64,000 nucleotides of DNA from a virus. Lineage: Duplodnaviria; Caudoviricetes. The notes beneath the pieces were generated by a model that did not search any database, was not told the origin of the DNA, and was given only the letters and a program-made list of their open reading frames with translations. Of this stretch, positions 45,864 to 56,800 are shown piece by piece. Position numbers and translations under genes: made by a program. The stretch covers positions 1,708 through 65,707 of IMG/VR virus record IMGVR_UViG_3300021429_002418. One strand, 5' to 3'. Every line of letters begins with the position of its first letter. Position 1 is the stretch's first letter.

Positions 45864-47231
45864 ATGGCAAATAAAAACATACTCACAAATAACGCAAAAG
45901 TCTCACAGATAGACTTGTTGTATTACGCACCAGTGGCCGTGGTGCCACCTGCAATTACAACACCTATCAATTCTTTCTATTGCTTTCTGTCTAAGCCAAC
46001 ACCTTGGGCAAACGATGCAGAACCAACAACACCCAGTGCCGATTTAAAATCAATCAAACAAATCTACAAAAATATATTTGTTGCAAAACAAATTAAGACA
46101 AGTGACATTTCTCCAATCATACAACGCATTGACTGGACAGCAAATGAAACTTATGATTATTTCCAAGATGATGTTGACATGACAGCAAAAGATGCCAATG
46201 GTTATTTGGTGAAACACTTCTATGTGAAGAACAAATATGACCAGGTATTCAAATGTTTATGGAATAACAAAGGTAATCCATCGACACGCGAACCATATTT
46301 TGAACCAGGAACATATTCAACCAACAAAATATTCCAGGGAGACGATGGTTATAAATGGAAATTTATGTACACCATTGACACCGGATTGAAATTGAAGTTT
46401 ATGGACAGAGAATGGATTCCAATACAGATTGGATCCAACACACCAAACCCACTTGTTACGACAGCTGGTGCAGGAAGTATTGATGTTATCAATGTAGAAA
46501 ATGGTGGTAGTGGTTTCGACACCGTTAATGCTGTTGTGTATGTGACTATAACAGGTGATGGCACTGGCGCATCAGCATCAGCTAATGTAAGTGCTAATGG
46601 TGTTGTACAAGATATCATCGTCAACAGTCCAGGTGGCAATTACACATTTGCAAATGTATCTGTTACCTCCACAATTGGTGGTAATTGTGTAGTCACAACT
46701 GCAACATCACCTGTTGGCGGTCACGGTTTCGATTCAATATCAGAGTTAGGTTGTGGGCATGTTATGATGACAGCACAGTTTGATGGTGATGAAAATAATT
46801 TTGTACCGACCGATATCGACTATCATCAGGTCGGTATATTGGTGAACCCAACAACAAGACAATATAATCCAAGTCCAGCCAATGGAAGTATATACAGTGC
46901 GACAACAAATATTGTTGTTGCTCCCGGAACAGAAGGTTATGTACCGGACGAGTTTGTATATCAAGGATCGTTAAGTGATCCATCTTTTTATGCTACAGTT
47001 TTGAGTTTTGATACTGGTTCCAACCTAATTAAGCTGATAAATACATCGGGAACTCCGTCAAATAATAGTCCAATATTTGGACAAACATCCAAAACAACAA
47101 GAACACTATTGTCTTACAGTATACCAAACTTTGCAGTACACTCAGGTTACATGATCTATATTGAAAATCGTTCAGGTGTACAGAGAAGTGTTGATGGTAT
47201 AGAACAATTCAGATTCGTATTAGGTTTCTAA
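45864..47231 (+). CDS. gp8: baseplate wedge subunit
   Basis: RIDWT...YDYF...FYV.N...VFKCL.N...DGYKWKFMYTI...YHQVGILVNP...YIENR...R...E.FR.VL.F. Confidence 0.9.
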   Translation: MANKNILTNNAKVSQIDLLYYAPVAVVPPAITTPINSFYCFLSKPTPWANDAEPTTPSADLKSIKQIYKNIFVAKQIKTSDISPIIQRIDWTANETYDYFQDDVDMTAKDANGYLVKHFYVKNKYDQVFKCLWNNKGNPSTREPYFEPGTYSTNKIFQGDDGYKWKFMYTIDTGLKLKFMDREWIPIQIGSNTPNPLVTTAGAGSIDVINVENGGSGFDTVNAVVYVTITGDGTGASASANVSANGVVQDIIVNSPGGNYTFANVSVTSTIGGNCVVTTATSPVGGHGFDSISELGCGHVMMTAQFDGDENNFVPTDIDYHQVGILVNPTTRQYNPSPANGSIYSATTNIVVAPGTEGYVPDEFVYQGSLSDPSFYATVLSFDTGSNLIKLINTSGTPSNNSPIFGQTSKTTRTLLSYSIPNFAVHSGYMIYIENRSGVQRSVDGIEQFRFVLGF

Positions 47232-47240
47232 GGAAAAAAA

Positions 47241-50200
47241 ATGGCTTTAAATTTTAATGTTGATCCTTATTTTGATGACTTCGATCGAGCAAAAAACTTT
47301 CATCGAGTGTTATTTAAACCTGGTGTTGCGGTACAAGCAAGAGAATTAACTCAAGCACAAACAATTTTACAAAATCAAATCACCAGTTTTGCGGACAACA
47401 TATTCAAACAGAATTCTCCAGTTTCTGGAGGTCAAGTTACAACCGACTTCAACGTACACTATATTAAAATACAATCCACATACAGCAGTGTCAACATTGA
47501 TATAGAACTATTTCAAAATAAATTATTGCGTAATGCTGATGGAACAGTTGTTGCAAGGGTACTCACAACAGCTGTAGCTACAGGTACAGCCGGCGAAGGT
47601 GATCCACCAACACTAATCGTTACTTATAAAACAGGTACACAATTTGCAGATAATGATGTTATCTATGATTCAAATTCAAACTTAACCTGTCAGGCAATCC
47701 CTAGTGCAGCAACAGGATCTTCTTCTGTTGTTTCAATTTCACAAGGTGTTTTCTACATCTTGGGTAATTTTGTACAAGTTTCACCACAAACAATCATACT
47801 AGATAAGTATGATAACACACCATCTAAACGGGTTGGTTTGGAAATTACCGAAACAGTTTTTGATTATGCAAATGATAACTCATTATTAGATCCAGCTGTA
47901 GGTGCATCCAATTATCAGGCACCAGGTGCAGATCGTTATGTAATTAGCTTACAACTCTCTTCAAGACCACTCTATTTTGGTGACGATAATCTATTCATTG
48001 AATTGGTTCGTATTGAAGATGGTAGTGTATATAAAATGGTTGACGGCTCTGTCTATGCAACTATCGATGACTACTTTGCAAAAAGAGATTATGAAACCAA
48101 TGGTGATTATGTCGTTGAAGATTTTAGATTTACACCAAAAACTTATGTTGGATATTCCGATAAGTATTTAATGAATGTTGGCAAAGGTTTAGCCTATGTT
48201 CGTGGCCACCGTGTGGAAAATCCATCACCAATCAATATCATTTCCAATAGAGCAAGAACAACAGCAACACAAAATAATGAACCAGCTTTCATAGATTTTG
48301 GTAGTTACTTTTTGGTAAGTAATGTTGCCGGTTCAGGAACATCAACCTTTCCAGTTACAACAGCTAATACTGTAGACTTCCACTGCGTAAGTCAGGCCAA
48401 TATCAACACAGCAAATGCAACTACATACAACTCAACCTTAGTTGCTACCGCTTACATTCGTGGGTTACAATTTGATAGTAGCCCAACAAATGGACAATCA
48501 AACACTTACATATACAAAGCTCAGGTGTATGACATACAAAACAAATCAATAACTGCCAATGTAGCCTCAGCAAACTCAACATCTGTAACACTACCGATGA
48601 TTAACGGACAAACATCAACAGTTAATGGTGCATATGTTGGTGTTGAAATTGTACTTACACAAGGTACAAATGCTGGTGAGTCTAGAACAATTGCAACATA
48701 TAATGGAACAACCAGAGTAGCAACACTCAATCAATCTTGGAGCATAACACCAGACTCAACTTCGGTTTTTGTTTTGAATTTTGATACGCCTGATATTGAA
48801 ACTATGGCATTCGTAAATAAAACATCATACCCAGCTACGGTGATTGCTAGTGCAAAAATTGATACGACAGGTAAAGTTGGTAATGTTGAAGCGGGTGATA
48901 CAATATTTCAAAATCCTAATGTGCCAGAGATGATTTACCCAATCGGTAATCCATATGTTTCTAGTATATCTTCACCATCGTATACAACACATCAAGAAAT
49001 AACAGGTGTGAACTTCAACGTTTCTGGCGCTTCAATATCAGCATCATTGGCTTATACTGGAAGTTATGCGGGTGTTATCAAACATTTAGGTAATGAAGGC
49101 ACAACACTTTCATCTGATGTTGTTGAACAGTGTTACACTATCATTGTGACAGATAAACAATCTAACGCAAATGTACAAAACGGCCAGATTATTCCTTGGA
49201 CAATAAACTCAAGAAGCGTTTCATTAAATAATGATGGTTCAGTTGCAACATTTAGTACAGCAACTTCTGACCTGTCAGCCTTCACTGCGACAATTATTGC
49301 TAAAGTATTTGTTACAGACGCAACTAATACGAGCCATATTTTAAGAATAAAGAACTTGGTGGTTGCAAACTCAAACACAGCAATCAGCAACACTTCAGGT
49401 ACACAAGTTAACACCAACACATATGTTGATGATTCTGCAACATCTACGGGTCAAGTCTACATCAAAGCTGCAGGTGTGCTAACACCCGGACAACCACAAT
49501 CTCTGTATCTGTCCGATGTTAAACGCATTGTTAAAATTATAGACACCAAAGCGTCAGGCACTGTGCCTACGGTTGCAATGTTAACCAATAGTTCTCATGA
49601 TGTTACAAGCAGATACACGTTTGACAACGGACAAAGAGATAGTTACTACGATCACGCATCAATTACATTGCGACCTGGTGCAACGAAACCTATTGGCAAT
49701 ATACTTGTACTATTGGATTACTACAAACATACCGGCGGCGATGGTTACTTTAGTAAAATGTCATACATAGATAACTCAAGTTCGCCTGAAGATTACAGAG
49801 AAATTCCTGTACACATAAGTAAATATGGTGCATCATATGCATTGAGGGATTGTCTCGATTTTAGACCAGCTCGTCGGAATGCACAGACCAACTTTGAGTT
49901 CCGTTACTCTAATCCAGGATCAACCAGAATAGGTGTACTACAGCCAGTAGATTTGAGCACCTTTGTTTGTGACTATTCGTTCTATCTTGGTCGTAAAGAT
50001 AAATTGGTTTTAACTAAAGACAAGTCACTACAAATTATTGAGGGTTCACCATCAATTAATCCTCTTACACCAAATGAACCTGACGGTTCTTTGATGTTAG
50101 CAAACATAACACACAGGCCATATACTGGTTATCTACCAACAGAATTGTCAACAGGACTATCAGATTTGTCTGTTGAAGCTAAACAACACCGCCGTTACAC

Positions 50201-53200
50201 AATGTCGGATATTTCTGATTTGGATACCAGAATTAACCGTATTGAATATTATACAGCACTAAATTCTTTAGAACAAAATGCAAATTCATTACAAATTTCA
50301 GATGTTTATGGATTGAATCGTTTTAAAAATGGTATTATGGTTGATGACTTTTCAAGTTTTGCGGCCGCAGATGCAGGAGTCGCCGACTTTGGTGCGTCTA
50401 TTAATCGTAGAACAAAACAAATGACAGCAAAACAAACTGTCGATAATTTTCCATTAAAAAATATATCATTAGCTTATAATATGGGTAGACCAACAGTTAG
50501 TACTCTTTCTGCATTAAATCATTCCATAACATCAGATGGATACACCAACTATTTCTCGCTGCCTTATACCTCAACGAATGTTATTTCACAGAGATTGGCA
50601 AGTAGAACTATTAACATCAATCCATTTTCAGTAACAAATTCAAAAGGTATATTGTCATTGTCACCAAATGTGGACAATTGGGTTGACACAACCATTTCAC
50701 CATCATTATTGATTGTGGACCCTAACTTACACGTATATCAGAGTTCAAATGAGTTAACTACTTTACTGACTGGTGATTGGCAGACGGTTTCAGGAACAAC
50801 CACATTAATTGGTGAATCCACAACAACTGAATTTTCTCAGAAAAATGTTGAGAATCATGGAAGATTTGATGGTCCTTTTGGTAGAAATGTTGGTTATACA
50901 GAAAATTTAACTACAACTACAACCACCTCAACATATGAGAATGTAGCAAATCAGACTCAGAGCAATTTGATGGGTCACTATAGTAAAATAGATAATACTT
51001 ATGCTTTGAACAACGGATATCTTACTGATATTAGTGTATTGCCATGGATGAGACCACAAGAAATTGTTGTTAGGTCTACAGGACTATTATTTAAAACCGA
51101 AATACATAATTTCTTTGATACTGTTAACGTTGATGCTTATGTACATAAAACAAATATAATTGAACTTAGTAACGTTGTTGGTGTATTAAGCCAAGGTGAT
51201 GCTATTGGTTATTTTAGTTCAGGACAATTTATTGTAACTGGTGTTGTTGTTGGTGTGTATGATTATCCAGACTCAGACAACCTGAGACTCTATGTTGCCG
51301 GTGACGGTAAAACGACAACGTATAACAATGGTTTAACTTTACAGAATGGATTCTTTGATGCCGCAGGTGCATATCAAACAAGCACAGGTCAAGGAACTTT
51401 TGTAAGTACAGAACATTTTGGTGGTCTGGTGCAATCTGTTCAAAACTCAACAACAATAACCTTGTCTTCAATGGCACCATCTTCAAACACATCGTATGTT
51501 GGTAGTACATTTTACATCAATACAGGCACAGGCCAAGGACAATCCGCGGTTATTTCTGCATACAACGGTGTGTCAAAACGGATAACATTGGCAACAGCAA
51601 TAAGTTGTGCTGCGAATGATTTATATTCAATAGGAAAATTTGAAAGCAATGAAGAAGGTAGTTTCTATGGCATCTTTATTGTTCCAGGAAATACATTTCA
51701 CACAGGCACTAGAGTATTTCGCACAGACAATCGTTTCAACAACAATGAGGAAACAGTAACAACATTTGCGGAAGGTACCTTCTATGCATCTGGACTACAA
51801 ATAAATAAACAAAATCTTGATTTTGGTGCATCACCAGCTGGAGCTAAAGACACATTCACACAAACTCTGAAGAGAGATGTGGTGACAACAACGAACACAA
51901 CTGAAAAACAATATTCCAGATTTTACACACCTTATGATCCTGTTGCACAAACATTTATCGTAGACCAAACAAACTTTCCTAATGGTGTATTTGTTTCATC
52001 AGTTAAATTATTCTTTGCTACGAAGCCTGCAACCGATGTTTCACCCGTAACACTTTTTATTGTCGGCACACTAAACGGATATCCAAATGGTACGACATTA
52101 GACAACTCGATTGTTACATTGCCAGCAAATCAGGTAAAAGTTTCAGCGACACCACAACACCTAGACTCAACAGCATACACAGAGTTTGTGTTTAGTTCAC
52201 CAGTTTACATTCAACCTAACACTTTATATTCCTTTATAGTTAGAAGTTCATCGAATGAGTATACTCTGTATACTGCCGCAAATGGTGATGTTGCTCTTCC
52301 TTCTTCGGTTAAGAACCTTGCAACAGATCCATATCCAAGTTCTATCACTAAGATTTCAGCTGCACCGTATGTTGGTTCATTATTCTTATCACAGAATTCA
52401 CAGACATGGACAGTCGATCAAAATCAAAGTTTAATGTTCTCTATAGACCGTTGTAAGTTTGATATAACACAAACACCAACAGTGCGAATGGTTGTGCCTA
52501 AGAAATTACCAAAGAGAACTTTGGTTACCAATGGTATCGAATACTTCACAAATGCAAACACAATGAGTGATGTTGTTTCAACAATTTCAAATGAAAATAT
52601 TTTGTTTGATGCATTAAATGTAACCACTACAGATTTTATTCCATCTTCGACAAGTGTAAATTATACATATGATGCAACATTGCAGAACGGAACAAACACA
52701 GCTGCAGTGAATATAAATCCAGGTAAATATGGAACAACAATGTTTGACCACATTTATTTAAATGACAATAAAGGCTCGCGTGTGTTGGTTGCAAACTCGC
52801 AAACTTCTTTCTCACTTTACGGTCTATTAAATTCATCTGACGATGCGGTTAGCCCTATTATTTCTGATGCAGGCACTTCAATGTTTGCAGTTAAATATGA
52901 TATTAATAATTGTGTACTGTCGAACAATTTAATTTCAATTACTTCTGGTGGTTCTGGTTATAATGTCACAACAACCACTGTTACCATTTCGGCACCAACA
53001 GGCAAAGATGGTGAACAAGCGTATGCAACGGCCAATGTGGCAGGTGGTGTTATTGATGCGATATTTATTACAACACCTGGCGCAGGTTACATTGAGACAC
53101 CAACAATTACAATCGTTGATGCAAATACAACACCTGGTACAGGCGCAACTGCAATAATATCAGGTGAAACATCAGTTATTGGTGGTCCTGCACGTACAAG

Positions 53201-53615
53201 ATACATAACCAAAAAGGTTGTACTTGATGGTGGTTTTGATTCAGGAGACTTAAATGTGTACCTATCAGCTTACAGACCTGTCGGCACGGATATCAATGTC
53301 TATTATAAAATTTTGAGTAGAAACGACACTCAAGGTTTTGATGAAGGTTACTGGCAGTTAATGACAAAAACAAATAGTTGTGATGCATTGCATTCACTAA
53401 CAAGAAATAATGTACATGAATATACATTTTCACCAGGAATTTCCGGTAGAGAAACTGGTCAAGTATCTTATTTGGCCAATAATGGACAGACATATTACAC
53501 ATTCAGCCAGTTCTCAATTAAGATTGTATTGACAACAACGGACAACACACTCGTTCCATATGTGACAGATATGAGATGTATTGCATTGCCTTCAAATGGT
53601 GTTGTTGCTGCTTAA
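47241..53615 (+). CDS. very large virion structural protein (DUF4815/VrlC-like)
   Basis: NFNVDPYFDDFD..KNF.RVLFKPG.AVQARELTQ.QTILQNQI start; NRFKNG..VDDF; DPVAQTF; D.R.IAL end. Confidence 0.85.
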   Translation: MALNFNVDPYFDDFDRAKNFHRVLFKPGVAVQARELTQAQTILQNQITSFADNIFKQNSPVSGGQVTTDFNVHYIKIQSTYSSVNIDIELFQNKLLRNADGTVVARVLTTAVATGTAGEGDPPTLIVTYKTGTQFADNDVIYDSNSNLTCQAIPSAATGSSSVVSISQGVFYILGNFVQVSPQTIILDKYDNTPSKRVGLEITETVFDYANDNSLLDPAVGASNYQAPGADRYVISLQLSSRPLYFGDDNLFIELVRIEDGSVYKMVDGSVYATIDDYFAKRDYETNGDYVVEDFRFTPKTYVGYSDKYLMNVGKGLAYVRGHRVENPSPINIISNRARTTATQNNEPAFIDFGSYFLVSNVAGSGTSTFPVTTANTVDFHCVSQANINTANATTYNSTLVATAYIRGLQFDSSPTNGQSNTYIYKAQVYDIQNKSITANVASANSTSVTLPMINGQTSTVNGAYVGVEIVLTQGTNAGESRTIATYNGTTRVATLNQSWSITPDSTSVFVLNFDTPDIETMAFVNKTSYPATVIASAKIDTTGKVGNVEAGDTIFQNPNVPEMIYPIGNPYVSSISSPSYTTHQEITGVNFNVSGASISASLAYTGSYAGVIKHLGNEGTTLSSDVVEQCYTIIVTDKQSNANVQNGQIIPWTINSRSVSLNNDGSVATFSTATSDLSAFTATIIAKVFVTDATNTSHILRIKNLVVANSNTAISNTSGTQVNTNTYVDDSATSTGQVYIKAAGVLTPGQPQSLYLSDVKRIVKIIDTKASGTVPTVAMLTNSSHDVTSRYTFDNGQRDSYYDHASITLRPGATKPIGNILVLLDYYKHTGGDGYFSKMSYIDNSSSPEDYREIPVHISKYGASYALRDCLDFRPARRNAQTNFEFRYSNPGSTRIGVLQPVDLSTFVCDYSFYLGRKDKLVLTKDKSLQIIEGSPSINPLTPNEPDGSLMLANITHRPYTGYLPTELSTGLSDLSVEAKQHRRYTMSDISDLDTRINRIEYYTALNSLEQNANSLQISDVYGLNRFKNGIMVDDFSSFAAADAGVADFGASINRRTKQMTAKQTVDNFPLKNISLAYNMGRPTVSTLSALNHSITSDGYTNYFSLPYTSTNVISQRLASRTININPFSVTNSKGILSLSPNVDNWVDTTISPSLLIVDPNLHVYQSSNELTTLLTGDWQTVSGTTTLIGESTTTEFSQKNVENHGRFDGPFGRNVGYTENLTTTTTTSTYENVANQTQSNLMGHYSKIDNTYALNNGYLTDISVLPWMRPQEIVVRSTGLLFKTEIHNFFDTVNVDAYVHKTNIIELSNVVGVLSQGDAIGYFSSGQFIVTGVVVGVYDYPDSDNLRLYVAGDGKTTTYNNGLTLQNGFFDAAGAYQTSTGQGTFVSTEHFGGLVQSVQNSTTITLSSMAPSSNTSYVGSTFYINTGTGQGQSAVISAYNGVSKRITLATAISCAANDLYSIGKFESNEEGSFYGIFIVPGNTFHTGTRVFRTDNRFNNNEETVTTFAEGTFYASGLQINKQNLDFGASPAGAKDTFTQTLKRDVVTTTNTTEKQYSRFYTPYDPVAQTFIVDQTNFPNGVFVSSVKLFFATKPATDVSPVTLFIVGTLNGYPNGTTLDNSIVTLPANQVKVSATPQHLDSTAYTEFVFSSPVYIQPNTLYSFIVRSSSNEYTLYTAANGDVALPSSVKNLATDPYPSSITKISAAPYVGSLFLSQNSQTWTVDQNQSLMFSIDRCKFDITQTPTVRMVVPKKLPKRTLVTNGIEYFTNANTMSDVVSTISNENILFDALNVTTTDFIPSSTSVNYTYDATLQNGTNTAAVNINPGKYGTTMFDHIYLNDNKGSRVLVANSQTSFSLYGLLNSSDDAVSPIISDAGTSMFAVKYDINNCVLSNNLISITSGGSGYNVTTTTVTISAPTGKDGEQAYATANVAGGVIDAIFITTPGAGYIETPTITIVDANTTPGTGATAIISGETSVIGGPARTRYITKKVVLDGGFDSGDLNVYLSAYRPVGTDINVYYKILSRNDTQGFDEGYWQLMTKTNSCDALHSLTRNNVHEYTFSPGISGRETGQVSYLANNGQTYYTFSQFSIKIVLTTTDNTLVPYVTDMRCIALPSNGVVAA

Positions 53616-53617
53616 TT

Positions 53618-53839
53618 ATGGAATATCTGAAGGTTAAGGGAACTAAATTGGTGAGGGATCCACGCAGTGGTGCCATCATCAACCAGGACAAAAGTGGGTT
53701 GGAAGATTATCTTGCCAAACGCCGTGTCCTGGAGTCTCAAAAAGAAGAAATAAATAAGGTCAAATCCGAAATGAAAAGTGTGAAAGACGATTTGATAGAA
53801 ATTAAAAGTTTGTTACTAAAACTATTAGAAAAAGGTTAA
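53618..53839 (+). CDS. small conserved coiled-coil protein
   Basis: KVKG..LVRD..SGAIIN.D...I..L..L; in-frame ATG at 53618. Confidence 0.75.
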   Translation: MEYLKVKGTKLVRDPRSGAIINQDKSGLEDYLAKRRVLESQKEEINKVKSEMKSVKDDLIEIKSLLLKLLEKG

Positions 53840-53840
53840 A

Positions 53841-56800
53841 ATGGCTAATACAGTTACCTCTTTAAGTTATGCCAACACATTTGGCCACTGGCTAAATTCA
53901 ACTGACGCACTGATATCAGAAAATAATATACTGGCAACAGGCAACTATGTTAAGGATACAGGTACGCTGTTTTTGTCCGAATCAACACTCAGTGCATTAC
54001 AAGCTAACGGCAATATAATTGCACAAAAACAATTGTTAGTTCAAGGTGTAGGTTCTTCTGCAACTATTCAAAACAATTTAACGGTACAGGGACAAGGCCT
54101 TTTTACAAATACAGGACTCAGCATCAGTACAACAGCGAATGCAAATGTTGGTGGAATTTTAACCGTCTTAGGATCAGGATTTGGTTTAGAGGTTGCAAAT
54201 GATGCTAGGGTTTCTGGTGACTTGGTTATTGGTGGTAATTTGGAATTAAATGTATTGGAAGCCAGACTTCGTGTTAACACAGCAAACATTTCTATTACAG
54301 GAACAACATACACAAACCGATTGGCTGCAAACGGCCATGTTTCTTCAGGTAGTTTGGTAGCCAACACAGACATTTTTACAAGTCGCCTTCAAGCAAACAC
54401 ATCGATAACAACAACATCGTTGCAGGCAAATACGATCATAAATGCAGCTGCCATCTCGGCAACAACAGGCATTTTTTCGAACACAATACAAGCTAATACG
54501 AGTGTTAACACTGCAACAGCTTCAATAATGAATACAATGTTTGCAAATGTTGTACAAGCAAATACATCTACGAATACAGCAAATGCATCTGTAACAGGTA
54601 CAGTATATACAAAAAATTTAGTAGCAAATACCTCAATTATAGGATTGAATATTTTTGCCACTGCAAACGTTTCTGGTAATAATTTCTTTGCATTAGATTC
54701 TGTTCATGCTGCTGCCAATGGATATATTTCCGATACTGTATTTACTGATACAATTCTTGCAAACACAGTGATTATACAGAACAATGTCGATGTTGGTAAT
54801 ACTATAACCACATCACAATTGGTGGTTTCTTCAAATATAATTACGCCTGAAATATTTTCAGTAACTAATTATTCAGATTACTTTGAAGCAAACACGGATA
54901 TAATAACACCAACCATAACTGTTGAAGGTACAGGATTCATCCGAGTATTACAGGCAGACTCATCTACAAATACTTCTAATGCAAGTGTAACGAACACAAT
55001 ATATGTAAACAATTTAGTTGCAAATACTTCTGCAATAATTCCTGCTGTGTTCACATCTGGTATAACAACCACAGATGTATTGCAGGCAAATTCAAGAATC
55101 GGTAGTGCGTTGTCAACCATATCAGGTGTTTCGACAACAGGTAGTTTACAAGCAAACACATCGACAAATACATCGAATGCTTCAATTGTAAATACAACCT
55201 ACACTAAACATCTGGTAGCAAACACCAGCGTTATCACACCAACAATATTTGTGTCTGGTGCAACAGTTACCAGTACGTTGCAAGCTAATGTGTCAACAAA
55301 CACACAGACGATAAGTGTGTCTCAATTAATTGATGGCAATACTGCTACAGCATTTTTGAACAATCTAAGTATTGGAAATCAATTGTCTGTTGCTGGTGAT
55401 TTTGTTATTAGTGGTACAACTGTTTATAATTCTGATAAATTTACAATCAATGCTGGTTCCAATATACCAGAAATAAGTTATTTTGAAGTGAATCGTGGTA
55501 CTGGAAGTACAAACGCACACATTCGATGGAATGAACCACAAAAACTTTTTGATGTTATTGATGTTGTTTCAAATAGTTACTATCATATATTAACATCTAA
55601 TTTAATTAGTGGTTCGTTAACATCAACAAGTTCATCCACTCTTGCATCTTCTGCTGCAGCAAACACACTGAACAATACAATTACAGCAGCAAATAATTTT
55701 CTACAGGCTGCTGTTGCTTCATCAGGTTCATATGCAAATGCAGCATTCATTGCCGCAAATACAGCAGATACAAAAGCTGTTAACTCTGGATCGTATGCGA
55801 ATGCGGCATTCTTACATGCTAATGCGGCTTTCATTTCAGCAAACAACGTTGCACCACAAATTGAACCTGCATTTCGCCACGCTAATGCCGCATTTGCAAA
55901 AGCAAATAGTGTTATTGCAAGTGTTACTGGTACATCAGGTTCAGTGACAGCTAGTGATGCAGGTGTTACACTTGGAAGTAACAACGGCATAACTATTAAT
56001 TCCACAAGTGCAAACACCTTAATAATTAGTACCGCACAAGACATACGAACAACTGCAACACCAACATTTGCTGGATTGGATCTAACAACACCACTTCCTA
56101 TTAGTGAAGGTGGCACTGGTGTAACATCAACATCAGCTATTTTAAATGCAATACTGCCAGCTGGTGCAACATCGGGTTATGTATTGACAACTGGTGGTGT
56201 CGGCAATTATTTTTGGGCTGCAGGCAGCGGCGGTGGTGGCGGAGGTGCAACACCAGGTACCACAATAACCTCTACGAGATTAACATATTCTGGTGATAGT
56301 TCAAATACTAAATTTATAACACCAACTTTTAATAATTCAACACAACTAAGAGCATACATCAACGGTGTTCGTCAGTTGGAATCTGAATACCATGCAAATA
56401 CAGCCAACTCAAGAATACTATTCTCGACAGCACCAGCTGTAGGAGACTCAATACTCCTTGAAGTTGATGGTTATGCTGTATACGAATACTTTGCAAACAA
56501 TATTGCTTATACAACAAATGAATTGTTAGGTGCAGCAAATACAATACAGAGTGCAATCGATACATTAACAACAAGTGCAGCATTTGAAAGTGGTGCAGAC
56601 TTTGTGGGTAGGGTTACCGGTCTAACAATGAATATTGCAGCTAGTAATACCTCATTTGCAACCACAGCATATGTTAAAAATGTTTTAGGTAGCACAGGTA
56701 CATATGCAATCAATACAACCGGAAATGCTGGCACAGTAACCAATGGCGTTTACACTTCCGGTTCATATGGAAATCCATCGTTTATAACATCACTTGCAAA

